From an uncultured Candidatus Saccharibacteria bacterium (GTDB lineage: Bacteria; Patescibacteriota; UBA1384; JAMDBS01; DAOVQR01), in contig CAYZSW010000005.1 of assembly GCA_964481135.1 (NCBI GenBank), forward strand, positions 28,126 to 92,125: a DNA stretch of 64,000 bases, in the 5' to 3' direction. A model generated the notes under the pieces. It worked only from the letters and a program-made list of their open reading frames with translations. It made no database searches and was not told where the DNA came from. Made by a program: the position numbers and the translations under genes. Below are positions 45,648-56,083 of this stretch, piece after piece; positions within the stretch are counted from its first letter, which is position 1, and each line of letters opens with the position of its first letter.

Positions 45648-46148
45648 TTATTTATTAATATCTATTAAATTTATGTCGTCGTTGTATTCAGGAATATCTT
45701 GCTCAGCTTCAACAATGTTGTCGTCGATGCCGTCTTGACTATATCTAGGGTCATTTTTGAATAAGGTACCAAGTACTCCGTTTACAAATTTTGAAGAATT
45801 TTCACTTCCGTATATTTTTGCAATTTCAACTGCTTCATTAATAACAACTTTTGGAGGAATATCTCTTGAAAACAATAGTTCATAAATCGCAACCCTTAAT
45901 ATTGCTTTATCAATTTTTGCAATTTGATCTATCGGCCACTCGGGTGCAGCATCAGAAATAATTTTGTCAATTTTTTTTAAATTTTTAATTACTTCACCAA
46001 CGCATTTATGAATATATGTTTTATCACATTCTTCTTGATATGCTGAAATATTTCTATTTGCAATATCATAAATATTAGAATCTGATCTAAAATCAGATTC
46101 ATATAAAGATTGCATAATTATTACTCTTGAAAGATGTCGGTTTGCCAA
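45648..46148 (-). CDS. nusB: Transcription antitermination factor NusB
   Basis: [29 protein letters not shown]; TTG start with AGGAG SD. Confidence 0.97.
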   Translation of the reverse strand: MANRHLSRVIIMQSLYESDFRSDSNIYDIANRNISAYQEECDKTYIHKCVGEVIKNLKKIDKIISDAAPEWPIDQIAKIDKAILRVAIYELLFSRDIPPKVVINEAVEIAKIYGSENSSKFVNGVLGTLFKNDPRYSQDGIDDNIVEAEQDIPEYNDDINLIDINK

Positions 46149-46156
46149 CTTTTCTC

Positions 46157-46333
46157 CTATTTTACATTAATTATTTTTTCGTTTTTATAAAAACCACAAT
46201 TTTCACAAATATAATGTGAGAGTTTTGTGCTATTACATTTAGGACAACTACTCAAATTCTTTTTTTTGAGCGCTAAATGAGATTTTTTATGTCCACTTCG
46301 ACTTCTTGATAATTTTTTCTTTGGTTCTGCCAT
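46157..46333 (-). CDS. rpmF: 50S ribosomal protein L32
   Basis: Manual translation [58 protein letters not shown]. Confidence 0.96.
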   Translation of the reverse strand: MAEPKKKLSRSRSGHKKSHLALKKKNLSSCPKCNSTKLSHYICENCGFYKNEKIINVK

Positions 46334-46370
46334 ATAATCCCTTTTTAATTAATAATTAATAACATAAACA

Positions 46371-48773
46371 TTATACCACAATAGAAATAATTTTTCCAGT
46401 TATATAAATTGTTTTTTTAATTTTATTATTTTTTAGATATTTTTTAACATTTTCTTGATTAAAAGCTAAATTTGTAATTTCTTTGTCTGATAATTTTTTG
46501 GCATTTTCTATTGCCAAAACAGCTCTTTTTTTACCATTTATCATAATTGGTATTTCTGAACAACTTTGCTTTATATTAGCTGTTATTTTAGGCCATTTTG
46601 ATACAAATATTGATTTTTTATTTTTCAATTTTTCCCATATTTCTTCGCTCAAATGAGGTGCAAAAGGGGACAGTATAATTAAAAAATTTTCAACTTGTTC
46701 TTTACTAAGTTTATGCTTATTTTTAATTATAAAATTTATAAAAATCATTAGTTGGCTTACAGCAGTATTAAAATTAAATGTCTGGATATCTTTTGATACT
46801 TTATTAATTGTAAATTGTAAATTATTATTTATATAATCATTGCTACTATCTTGTATGTTGTTTGATAAATAATTAAATATTTTATCTAAAAATCTTTTAA
46901 TTCCTTTAATTCCGTTCGTATTCCAAGCAACTGATTCTTCAAAAGGACCCATAAACATTTCGTATATTCTAAAAGCATCGGCACCGAATTGTTCTACGAC
47001 CACATCGGGATTAATAACATTACCCCATCTTTTACTCATTTTTCTTTCATCTTCTCCACGAATTAAACCAACATGCTGTAACCGATCAAATGGTTCTTTA
47101 GTGCTGACTAGTTTAATATCATACAAAAATTTATGCCAAAAACGAGCGTATAACAAATGACGAGTAGCGTGCTCCGCACCTCCTACATATAAATCCACTC
47201 CTTTTGGCTTCATCCAATACTCTTCTTTAATTTTATCAACAAGCTTTTGATTGTTTTTTGGATCTAAGTATCTTAAATAATACCAACAACTTCCAGCCCA
47301 TTGAGGCATTGTATTTGTTTCCCTTTTAGCTTTTCCTCCGCATTTAGGACATTTTGTATTAACCCAATTAATAATATCAGCAAGAGGTGATTCACCAGTA
47401 CCTGTAGGTTCATATTTTTTTACATTTGGTAATTTCAATGGTAAATCATTTTCGTTAAGTGGGACTACACCGCATTTTTCACAGTGAATAAGTGGAATTG
47501 GTTCACCCCAGTATCGTTGTCTGGAAAATATCCAATCACGCATCTTGTAATTAACTGTTTCTTTTCCTTTAACATAGTTTGTAGTTTCTTTACGCGCCTT
47601 TTCACTAGAAAGATTATTAAATTTTCCAGAATTAACTAATACACCTTCACCAATATATGGTAATTCATGTTTATTCTTTGATTTAATCACTTCAATAATT
47701 GGAATAGAATATTTTTTTGCAAATTCATAATCTCTTTCATCGTGAGCAGGAACCGCCATAATTGCACCTGTGCCGTAATTCGATAATACATAATCAGCCA
47801 CAAAAATTGGAATTTCTTTATTGTTTGCCGGATTGATTGCCCTAACACCTTTTATTTCAATACCTGTCTTTTTTTTAGCTAAATCTGTTCTTTCAAGATC
47901 TGATTTATTTTTAGCTTTTTGAATATATTTTTGCAATTCATCAAAATTTAAGATTTGAGATTTAAGTTTTAAAATAATATCATGCTCTGGTGCAATTACC
48001 ATGTATGTTGCTCCAAATAAAGTATCCGCTCGTGTAGTAAATACCTTAAGCTTTTGTATTGTGTTCGTAAGCTTAAAATCAATTTCAGATCCTTCTGACC
48101 TGCCGATCCAATTAATCTGCTGATCAATAATTGATTTTTCCCAATTAACTAATTTTAAATCATCGAGTAATCTTTGGGCATAATCTGTCATTTTTAAAAC
48201 CCATTGACGAATTGGTTTTTTTTCTACAGTTGAATTACATCTTTCACACTTACCATTTTCTAAATCTTCATTTGCAAGCCCTGTTTTACATTTAGGACAC
48301 CAATTAATTGGTTCCTTACTTTCATAGGCAAGACCATTTTTAAACATTTGAATAAAAATCCACTGCGTCCATTTATAATAATCTGGGTCAGAAGTAATAA
48401 TTTCTCGATCCCAATCATATGTAAAACCAAATTGTTTTAGTTGTTTTTTAAATCTTGCAATATTTTTTTCAACTGCTTTTTTTGGGTGCACTTTATTTTT
48501 GATAGCGTAATTTTCTGCAGGTAAACCAAAAGAATCAAAACCCATAGGGTGAATCACATTTTTATTGTTGAGCGTCATATACCTAGCAAAAACATCTGTT
48601 GCTACATAACCTTTTGGATGACCAACATGAAGTCCATCTCCTGAAGGATAGGGGAACATATCAAGAACATAAAACTTATCTTTTTTATTATCTTCCTTAA
48701 CTTTAAAAATATTGTTTTCTTCCCAATATTTTTGCCACTTTTTTTCAATTTTAGTAAAATCATACTTTTTCAT
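46371..48773 (-). CDS. leuS: Leucyl-tRNA synthetase
   Basis: MFPYPSGDGLHVGH, FTTRADT, SRQRYWGEP, KMSKR. Confidence 0.99.
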   Translation of the reverse strand: MKKYDFTKIEKKWQKYWEENNIFKVKEDNKKDKFYVLDMFPYPSGDGLHVGHPKGYVATDVFARYMTLNNKNVIHPMGFDSFGLPAENYAIKNKVHPKKAVEKNIARFKKQLKQFGFTYDWDREIITSDPDYYKWTQWIFIQMFKNGLAYESKEPINWCPKCKTGLANEDLENGKCERCNSTVEKKPIRQWVLKMTDYAQRLLDDLKLVNWEKSIIDQQINWIGRSEGSEIDFKLTNTIQKLKVFTTRADTLFGATYMVIAPEHDIILKLKSQILNFDELQKYIQKAKNKSDLERTDLAKKKTGIEIKGVRAINPANNKEIPIFVADYVLSNYGTGAIMAVPAHDERDYEFAKKYSIPIIEVIKSKNKHELPYIGEGVLVNSGKFNNLSSEKARKETTNYVKGKETVNYKMRDWIFSRQRYWGEPIPLIHCEKCGVVPLNENDLPLKLPNVKKYEPTGTGESPLADIINWVNTKCPKCGGKAKRETNTMPQWAGSCWYYLRYLDPKNNQKLVDKIKEEYWMKPKGVDLYVGGAEHATRHLLYARFWHKFLYDIKLVSTKEPFDRLQHVGLIRGEDERKMSKRWGNVINPDVVVEQFGADAFRIYEMFMGPFEESVAWNTNGIKGIKRFLDKIFNYLSNNIQDSSNDYINNNLQFTINKVSKDIQTFNFNTAVSQLMIFINFIIKNKHKLSKEQVENFLIILSPFAPHLSEEIWEKLKNKKSIFVSKWPKITANIKQSCSEIPIMINGKKRAVLAIENAKKLSDKEITNLAFNQENVKKYLKNNKIKKTIYITGKIISIVV

Positions 48774-48858
48774 AATTTTATTTACCTACTAGATATAACA
48801 CTTATATGCGATTGGATGTCATTATGTAAAAATAATTATTATTTTTATATTTTTCTAT

Positions 48859-48933
48859 TGGTGGACCAGATGGGAATCGAACCCACAACCTCCTCCATGC
48901 CATGGAGACGCGCTACCGTTGCGCTACTGGCCC
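48859..48933 (-). tRNA. tRNA-Ala(GGC)
   Basis: Cloverleaf GGGCCAG..TGGCA..TTCGA..CTGGTCCACCA; G3:U70; encoded CCA. Confidence 0.95.
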
Positions 48934-49063
48934 GTAACGGAGGACTTATATAAAATATTATAACAGTAATATAGCACTTTTGTAAAACTTGATTTTAATA
49001 CTATATCCTGCTAATTTGATAGACAAGGGAATTACATTAACAAATTAATAAGAGGTGACTTAG

Positions 49064-50209
49064 ATGAAAAAAGTTTCTTACCAAAAAGCAACAAAAAGAT
49101 CTCACAATGAAAGAGAATGTTCACACGACCAATCAGAATTCAAAAAAGATCAGTCAAGAATTCTATACTCAATCGCCTCTAGGATATCTGCTGGTAAAAC
49201 ACAAGTTTTACCTGTTAACGACTGCTGTTTTTTACCCAGAACAAGAATGCAACACATGCAAGAAGTTGCCGAAACTTCTTATAGAATAGCTAAAAAATTA
49301 GGACTACATAGTGATACTGCCAGAGCCATAGGACTTGGCCACGATCTTGGTCATACAATTGGTGGTCATGCAGGAGAATTTGCATTAAGTGAAATATATA
49401 AACAAAATAATTTTAGTCCTATAATATTTAGTCATGATAAACAACTCATCCATGTTGTAACGAATCTCGAAAAAATAAAAAAAGGTTTTTCAGGACTAAA
49501 TTTAACTCAATTCACATTAGATTCATTTAAAGCAAGATCAGATCGCGGTATTATTAAAATGATTAATAGTGGTCAGGAAAGATATAAAATTGACAGTCAG
49601 TTGTCTCACATTTTAGATACACTTGAGGGTCAATTGGTCGAAGTAGTTGATAAGATGGTATACATTGTCCACGATATAGAAGATGCAATAAGATTTAATT
49701 TGATAAAAATTAAAGATATTGCAAATCTACCATGTTTTTGCAGTAATTTATGGAAAAAGATTAATGAAAATATCAATGTAGCTAAATCTAAATCTGAAAC
49801 AAACTTAGTAATTTCTGAAATAAAACGACAATTATACTACTATTTTTTTAATTCAATTATTGAAAATTGCAAACATATCAATAATGAATTAGATCCGAAA
49901 TCATACTACTATGTATCAGAAAAGATAATCGCTTTTACTGACACTGTTAGCGATGATTTTATGAATCTGAAAAAATTTATGTACGAAAATATTTACCAAG
50001 GTAAATATTGCCTAGAACGAGATCAAATATTTAAGGACAAAATTCACTTTTTGTTTGATAGATTAATGTCAGATAAAAAATTACGCCAAAGAGTAAATAT
50101 TTGGCAATACCAGTGGCCCAAAGAAACACCTGATCATGCTCAGGTAACTGATTTAATTTGGTCATTAACAGAACATATGGCAGACCAAATTATTTTAAAA
50201 ATAAAATGA
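49064..50209 (+). CDS. dNTP triphosphohydrolase (dGTPase-like HD protein)
   Basis: DQSRIL.S, GKTQV, RTRMQH..EV, GHDLGH..GH.GE, GLNLT, TLEGQLV..D..Y.HDIED. Confidence 0.88.
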   Translation: MKKVSYQKATKRSHNERECSHDQSEFKKDQSRILYSIASRISAGKTQVLPVNDCCFLPRTRMQHMQEVAETSYRIAKKLGLHSDTARAIGLGHDLGHTIGGHAGEFALSEIYKQNNFSPIIFSHDKQLIHVVTNLEKIKKGFSGLNLTQFTLDSFKARSDRGIIKMINSGQERYKIDSQLSHILDTLEGQLVEVVDKMVYIVHDIEDAIRFNLIKIKDIANLPCFCSNLWKKINENINVAKSKSETNLVISEIKRQLYYYFFNSIIENCKHINNELDPKSYYYVSEKIIAFTDTVSDDFMNLKKFMYENIYQGKYCLERDQIFKDKIHFLFDRLMSDKKLRQRVNIWQYQWPKETPDHAQVTDLIWSLTEHMADQIILKIK

Positions 50210-50216
50210 AATTTTA

Positions 50217-50248
50217 TAGCGAGTTTATTTATAAGCTCGCTTTTATTT
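50217..50248. terminator. Intrinsic terminator
   Basis: agcgagttt..aagctcgct followed by T tract. Confidence 0.65.
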
Positions 50249-50335
50249 TTTCCAAATATCTTTTTTAAACGCAACAAGAATAAACACAAAAACTATAATA
50301 AGTGCTATAAACAATTGCCATCTCATACAAATTCC

Positions 50336-51682
50336 TTATTTAATATAATTTGTAAAATTATTTTTGATATATTTTACTGCTTGATTTTTAGTTTTAATTT
50401 TATCTTCAAGTTGTGCCTCTTCGACTTTTTTAAGAATTTTGCCGATTTTAGGTCCACTTTTAAGATTAAATTGAGTCATTAAATCGTTTCCAGTCAACAA
50501 AAGCTTAAAATTTGGTTTGTTTTGTTCCTTTTCGTATTCAGATTTAATTTTTTCGTAAAGTATTACATTTTTGTTATACAAGTCAAATCTTCTAGGTTTG
50601 GTACCCATAATATCAGCTTTAAATAATTTAAGTAACCATGGAAATCTTGGATCAAGCATCATCTTTCTTTTGTTTAACTTATTCATTTTTAAAATACTAG
50701 CGATTTCCATATGATTTTTTACTAAATATACTATCATTTGTCTCTCGGTATTTGAAAATTTATAACGCCTTGTTACCTTTGAAGCTATTCCCGCAGAAAA
50801 CTTAACATGTTTATTAAACCTGATTCTATCAGACGCAGTTTGAGGATAAGATATAGTATCTGGTTTACCAGAATCATGTAATAGTACTGCCCAAACCAAA
50901 GCTAATGGTGATTTTTCAGGCAATGATTTTAGGGCTTCTAAGGTATGGATATATACATCACCTTCTTTATGAAATTGATCTGGTTGTCTAACACCTTTCA
51001 TTCTTTCAATTTCTGGCAAAATATATTTTAAAATATTTAATTGACTTAAATCGTCTAAGGCTTTTGCTCTATTTTTATGTGAAAAAATCTTATTTAGTTC
51101 CTGAGCAACTCTTTCTTTACTAACCTTTTCAATTCTGTACGCATTTTGCATAATTGCTTCGAAACTTCTTTTATCATATTTAAAATCATAAGCATTTTTA
51201 AATCTAACCGCCCTTAATATTCTTAAATAATCTTCTTTTATTCTGTCATTAGGGTTCCCAATAAAACGGATAGTTCGATTTTTTAAATCATCGAGCCCAT
51301 TAACATAATCAATCACTTGCTTGTTAACTGGATCATAAAACATTCCATTAATTGTAAAATCTCTGCGTTTTGCATCTTCTTTTGCATTAGACCAAAAAAC
51401 CTTATCAGGTCTTCTTGAATCAGAATATTTACCTTCACTACGAAAAGTGGCTATTTCGAAATTTTGATTATCGATTTTCACTAAAATTACACCAAAAGAT
51501 TTTCCAACAGATGATGTATTCTTAAGAATATTTTGAATTTGAGAAGGTGTGGCAGAAGTTACAACATCAAAATCGTGAGGCTCTTTATTAAGTAAAATAT
51601 CTCTTACACAACCTCCAGCCCAATAAGCCTCGAATCCTAATTTGCGAAGCTTAAGAACGATATTTAATGCATTGTTTTTCAT
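50336..51682 (-). CDS. cca: CCA tRNA nucleotidyltransferase / poly(A) polymerase family with HD domain
   Basis: GGCVRD, DFDV, RRDFTING, EDYLRILRAVRF, H.EGDV..H, LLHDSGK. Confidence 0.92.
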   Translation of the reverse strand: MKNNALNIVLKLRKLGFEAYWAGGCVRDILLNKEPHDFDVVTSATPSQIQNILKNTSSVGKSFGVILVKIDNQNFEIATFRSEGKYSDSRRPDKVFWSNAKEDAKRRDFTINGMFYDPVNKQVIDYVNGLDDLKNRTIRFIGNPNDRIKEDYLRILRAVRFKNAYDFKYDKRSFEAIMQNAYRIEKVSKERVAQELNKIFSHKNRAKALDDLSQLNILKYILPEIERMKGVRQPDQFHKEGDVYIHTLEALKSLPEKSPLALVWAVLLHDSGKPDTISYPQTASDRIRFNKHVKFSAGIASKVTRRYKFSNTERQMIVYLVKNHMEIASILKMNKLNKRKMMLDPRFPWLLKLFKADIMGTKPRRFDLYNKNVILYEKIKSEYEKEQNKPNFKLLLTGNDLMTQFNLKSGPKIGKILKKVEEAQLEDKIKTKNQAVKYIKNNFTNYIK

Positions 51683-51688
51683 TATAAT

Positions 51689-52471
51689 TTATTTCTTTTT
51701 ATTAACCTTAATAGCAGCGTCCGGACAAATTTGTTCACATAAACCACAACCAGTACATTTCTTAATATCTACTTTTGGTATTGGTTTTGATAAGAAATTA
51801 TATTTTTCATTATCCCAACTCAGAGCATTAACAGGACACTTAATAAGACAAAAACCACAACTTTTACATACATCTGGGTATTTAATATGTGTTTTCTGAG
51901 AATCACTGTCAACTACCGGATTATACTTATCCGCTCGTATATTATCTATTGTTTTTTTATATAAAGATTCATCTAAATCATAACCCACCTCGAAAGCAAC
52001 TCTATTTTTTGTAATATCAGGCTTATCCGATAAAAAATTATTAATAGATTCTAAAATTTTTTCTTTTGATATTATATTTTCGCTTTTATTAAGCTCTTTG
52101 ATAATTATTCCTAACACTATCATATTGAATGACTGCTTTGGCAAATTTCTTTCTCTTGGTAAATTATTTAGTGTGATAGCGTTAATAACCAAAGTATTTT
52201 TATTAATGTATGTCTTAGGTATGTCTATATTTCTTTTTGTCATAATAACTAAAATATCTGCCTTTGAAAATTTTGGATAGGTAATTGGAGATTTAGAGAT
52301 AGTAATATAAGCCATAGATATACCCATTCTCATCTCAACTCCATAATGGGGCATAAAAGTAATGTGTAATTTTTGTTTATATAAAGCATTAGACAATATC
52401 TTTGCCATAAGCTGGATACCTTGTCCACCTTCACCACTTAATAATATTTTTATTTCTTTATCGGTTTGCAT
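51689..52471 (-). CDS. 2-oxoacid:ferredoxin oxidoreductase gamma subunit fused to a 2[4Fe-4S] (delta) domain
   Basis: GEGGQG, YGVEMRMG; CKSCGFCLIKCP and CTGCGLCEQICP. Confidence 0.9.
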   Translation of the reverse strand: MQTDKEIKILLSGEGGQGIQLMAKILSNALYKQKLHITFMPHYGVEMRMGISMAYITISKSPITYPKFSKADILVIMTKRNIDIPKTYINKNTLVINAITLNNLPRERNLPKQSFNMIVLGIIIKELNKSENIISKEKILESINNFLSDKPDITKNRVAFEVGYDLDESLYKKTIDNIRADKYNPVVDSDSQKTHIKYPDVCKSCGFCLIKCPVNALSWDNEKYNFLSKPIPKVDIKKCTGCGLCEQICPDAAIKVNKKK

Positions 52472-52473
52472 AA

Positions 52474-53211
52474 TTAGATTTCTCCTAAATTGCTAAAATA
52501 AGTTGCCATCTTGTCATCAAGCATGTCAAAACTTTTTTGAGCATCTGTTTTCCAGTTAGTAGGACAAGTAGATAACACTTCAACAAAAGAAAATGATTTA
52601 TTCTTTATCTGGTTAGTTATTGCTTTTTTTAAAACTTTTCTTAGTTCATAAGGTTTACTAATGATCGATCGAGCAATGTATGCGTTTTTGTTTTTTAAAC
52701 ATTTAATTAACTCTGGACCCATTACAGGATTTCCTTTTTCTAGAATATTTTTTCCTTTAGGTGTAGTCGTTGTTATTTCTTGACTTAAAGTTGTTGGCGC
52801 CATTTGACCACCGGTCATTGCATAAAGAGTATTGTTTACGACAATAACTAAGATTGCATCATTTCTATTCGCAGAAGTAAGTAAAGATTGTAATCCTATA
52901 GCATAAGCACCTCCGTCACCAACATAAGCAATACAAACTTTATCTTGTTTAATAAGCTTATAACCACTTACTACAGGAACCGTACGACCGTGATGTGTTT
53001 GGACAGTATCAACATCAAAAAAATCCCAGGCTAAAAGCGAACAACCAATATCTATACCGAATAAAATATCTTTTTGTATTTTCATTTCATCAATAGCAAA
53101 ACCTAATTCTTTAAGTACAATCGAATGCCCACATCCAGGACAAAATTTATTTGGCTTAGAGCTATTTTTAAAACATTTTGGATATGATTTTTTTTCGTTT
53201 GATAAAAACAT
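52474..53211 (-). CDS. 2-oxoacid:ferredoxin oxidoreductase beta subunit (TPP-binding)
   Basis: FCPGCGH, IGCS, GDG, NN..YAMTGGQ.APTT, CPTNW. Confidence 0.94.
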   Translation of the reverse strand: MFLSNEKKSYPKCFKNSSKPNKFCPGCGHSIVLKELGFAIDEMKIQKDILFGIDIGCSLLAWDFFDVDTVQTHHGRTVPVVSGYKLIKQDKVCIAYVGDGGAYAIGLQSLLTSANRNDAILVIVVNNTLYAMTGGQMAPTTLSQEITTTTPKGKNILEKGNPVMGPELIKCLKNKNAYIARSIISKPYELRKVLKKAITNQIKNKSFSFVEVLSTCPTNWKTDAQKSFDMLDDKMATYFSNLGEI

Positions 53212-53220
53212 ATTTATTCC

Positions 53221-54261
53221 TTATTTAAATAAAGCAATAATTTCTTCTGCTGAAATTGGCAATACCGGTTTCTGATAAATTTCAATTTTTGCCAAACCAT
53301 ACAAACGATTTTTTACTATTCTTTCTAGGTGACCAAAAGAAGATTCAACAATAATAATTTTTCTTGCTTTTGCAGCATAATGAGATAATTTCTGATGATC
53401 AAAAGGCCTTAAAGTAATTGGTCTAAATAACCCAACCTTAACATTTTTATCTCTTAAAATTTTTACTGCTTTTTTACAAGCTTGTGAAACTATACCATGA
53501 GCTACTATAATTACATCTGCATCGTTACACATTATTGATTCTGATTCTTTGATTTGATCTGCAAACTTCTTCCAGTCATCAATATTTTTTGACAAGTTTT
53601 CATTAAGCTCATTTTCATAATTGAAACAATTGCGCAAATTTTTTGGATTAATAGTTTCACCAATTAAACATTTAGATTTGATATTAATTTTGGGAGCATG
53701 TAAAACAACTTTACTTTGCATTTTTGAAACATATCCATCTCCCAAGACAAAGCTTGGAAATTTAGTATACCAAGCAGCGTTAAAAGCTTGCATTGTATAA
53801 GAATATGCTTCCTGAGGACTTGAAATTGAATAAACATTCCTCAATCCTTCGCCATTGCCTCCGTAACAAGCCATAGTAACTTCTTGTTGACCATATATCA
53901 CTGTACCAGTAGAAGGACCTCCTCGCTGCATAATTACACCCATAAAAGGAATTCTCATAGCTTCTGCCATAGCAATAGCATCTTGCATAAGAATATGTCC
54001 AGGGCCTGCAGTAGCAGTAAATGCTTTAGATCCTGCTAAAATTGCACCTATTAAATTAAAACCAGCAGAAATTTCATCTTCTGATTGAATAAATTTAAAT
54101 CTTTCTGGATCATTATCATGCAATTTTGCCCATTCTTGCATAATCTCTGTTGTTGGGGTTATTGGATAACCACAATAGCAATTTGCTCCAATTCTTAAGG
54201 CACCCTCAATAACCGCTTGATTTCCAGTTATAAATTTTTCTTTATTTAAAATAAACATCAT
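53221..54261 (-). CDS. 2-oxoacid:ferredoxin oxidoreductase alpha subunit
   Basis: GN.A, GYPITP.TE, EDE, TATAGPG, QRGGPSTG. Confidence 0.94.
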   Translation of the reverse strand: MMFILNKEKFITGNQAVIEGALRIGANCYCGYPITPTTEIMQEWAKLHDNDPERFKFIQSEDEISAGFNLIGAILAGSKAFTATAGPGHILMQDAIAMAEAMRIPFMGVIMQRGGPSTGTVIYGQQEVTMACYGGNGEGLRNVYSISSPQEAYSYTMQAFNAAWYTKFPSFVLGDGYVSKMQSKVVLHAPKINIKSKCLIGETINPKNLRNCFNYENELNENLSKNIDDWKKFADQIKESESIMCNDADVIIVAHGIVSQACKKAVKILRDKNVKVGLFRPITLRPFDHQKLSHYAAKARKIIIVESSFGHLERIVKNRLYGLAKIEIYQKPVLPISAEEIIALFK

Positions 54262-54291
54262 TGACCTTAATTTAATAATATTTTATTTAAT

Positions 54292-55446
54292 TCATTTTTG
54301 CAAATAAGGGATAATTTCTTTAGCAATTTGCATTTCCTCATCCGTAGGTATAACTAAAATTTTTGATTGAGAAAAAATATGTTCTAAACCCAAAGTAATT
54401 GATTTTCTAATTAAATTTGATCCTACACCAATATTACCAGTAAAAGTTAAAACATCTGTACCGCCCAAAATTGCATTATACGCACCTAAATATTTTTTGA
54501 TTCTATATATAAACATTTCTAGTGCGAGTTGTGCTTTTTTACGATAAATTTGTGGTAAATTTTCTATTCTGGAAGATGGTCTATAATTATTATCTTCTAC
54601 CTTGTATCCGGCTAAATACAATAAATCTTTCATATCGGATGTTACTTCTGAAATACCAAGTAAACCAGATTGATTCTGTAATACATCATTTATTTCATCG
54701 ATATTAAACTTACCTTGTTTTATTAAATAAATTATTATTCCTGGGTCTATATCTCCTGAACGAGTCCCCATCATTAATCCTTCTAGCGGAGTAAAACCCA
54801 TTGAAGTATCAATAGCAACCGAATCCTTTATTGCTGTAATTGAACATCCTGCACCTAAATGCACGGAAATTAAAGTTTTAAACTTACCTTTAAAACTATT
54901 TTTTGCATATTCTAAAGAATTTTTGTGAGACAAACCATGAAAACCAAATTTTTGAATATTTTCATTTTGAAAAAGATAATATGGAATCGGATAAATGCTC
55001 GCATAATTTGGCATATCTGAATAAAAAGAAGTGTCAAAAACAGCATAATTTGGAATTACTCGATGACCTTTAACACCGCAATTTTCAAAAACCTCTTCCA
55101 TAACCTCGATAATCGCAGGATTATGAAGTGGTGCTAAATCGCTAACTTTTTTAATATTTTTTATAAATCTATCATCAACTATCTGAGTATTTCTATACAA
55201 ATTTCCTCCATGCACAACCCTATGACCTATTGCCGCTAAATCTGTAATCTTATGTAAAAATCCAGTACTTCTTCCAAATCCTTCAAATAAAATTCCTAGG
55301 GCTTCTTTATAATTTTTAGGCCCTTCGTCTGTTTTAATCTTATCAACTTCTCCTTTTTTTTCTAATAAAATATTTTTATTATCATATGCAAATAATTTAA
55401 ATTTTAAACTTGAGCTACCAGTATTAAATACTAAAATTTTTTTCAT
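54292..55446 (-). CDS. ackA: Acetate kinase
   Basis: NTGSSSLK, GHRVVHGG, APLHN, GFHGLSH, TSMGFTPLEG, TDEE. Confidence 0.97.
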   Translation of the reverse strand: MKKILVFNTGSSSLKFKLFAYDNKNILLEKKGEVDKIKTDEGPKNYKEALGILFEGFGRSTGFLHKITDLAAIGHRVVHGGNLYRNTQIVDDRFIKNIKKVSDLAPLHNPAIIEVMEEVFENCGVKGHRVIPNYAVFDTSFYSDMPNYASIYPIPYYLFQNENIQKFGFHGLSHKNSLEYAKNSFKGKFKTLISVHLGAGCSITAIKDSVAIDTSMGFTPLEGLMMGTRSGDIDPGIIIYLIKQGKFNIDEINDVLQNQSGLLGISEVTSDMKDLLYLAGYKVEDNNYRPSSRIENLPQIYRKKAQLALEMFIYRIKKYLGAYNAILGGTDVLTFTGNIGVGSNLIRKSITLGLEHIFSQSKILVIPTDEEMQIAKEIIPYLQK

Positions 55447-55453
55447 ATTTTTC

Positions 55454-56023
55454 CTAAATTATTTGCCCAAAACAATTTTTACTAATTGCCGCCGCATTAG
55501 CTTCATCTGTATCAATTTGAAAAGATAATTGAGTTTTTGATTGTCCTATCCTAACAACAACATCTTCAAAAATTATACTTCTTTTTGTCGCAACTTTGAT
55601 TTTTATTTTTTGTAAATTTATTAAATTATATTTTTTTGCATCTTCCGGAGAAATGTGTAAATGCCTTTTAGCAATTATGATTCTAGAACTTAATGTGATT
55701 TCTTTTTTTTCTCCTTTAATTTTTAATACATCGTTTGCTTTACAATCTGTACCAGAAATTACAATAGGTGGAACTTTTATTCCTAAATTATAAGCATCAG
55801 TAATAGAAAGTTCTAATTGCGTATACTCTCTAAAAGGACCAATAATTCTAACATTTTTTATTAAACTTTTTGGACCAACAACATCAACTGTATGACTCGA
55901 AGCAAATTCTCCTATTTGAGATAAATATTTCATTTTTGACAAAGTTTTTTTTCCAAATAATTCTTGAAAATCCGATTCTTTTAGATGCATATGTCTTGCT
56001 GACACTTCGATTGGAATTTGCAT
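55454..56023 (-). CDS. pduL: PduL-type phosphotransacylase
   Basis: EVSARHMHL, LSQ.GEFA, R..GPFR..TQ.E.S.TD, AKRHLH, IDTDEANA. Confidence 0.93.
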   Translation of the reverse strand: MQIPIEVSARHMHLKESDFQELFGKKTLSKMKYLSQIGEFASSHTVDVVGPKSLIKNVRIIGPFREYTQLELSITDAYNLGIKVPPIVISGTDCKANDVLKIKGEKKEITLSSRIIIAKRHLHISPEDAKKYNLINLQKIKIKVATKRSIIFEDVVVRIGQSKTQLSFQIDTDEANAAAISKNCFGQII

Positions 56024-56083
56024 AAATAATCCTTTTAATATCTTTATTAAAAATTATAAATACTGCAAAATTATTATTTTATT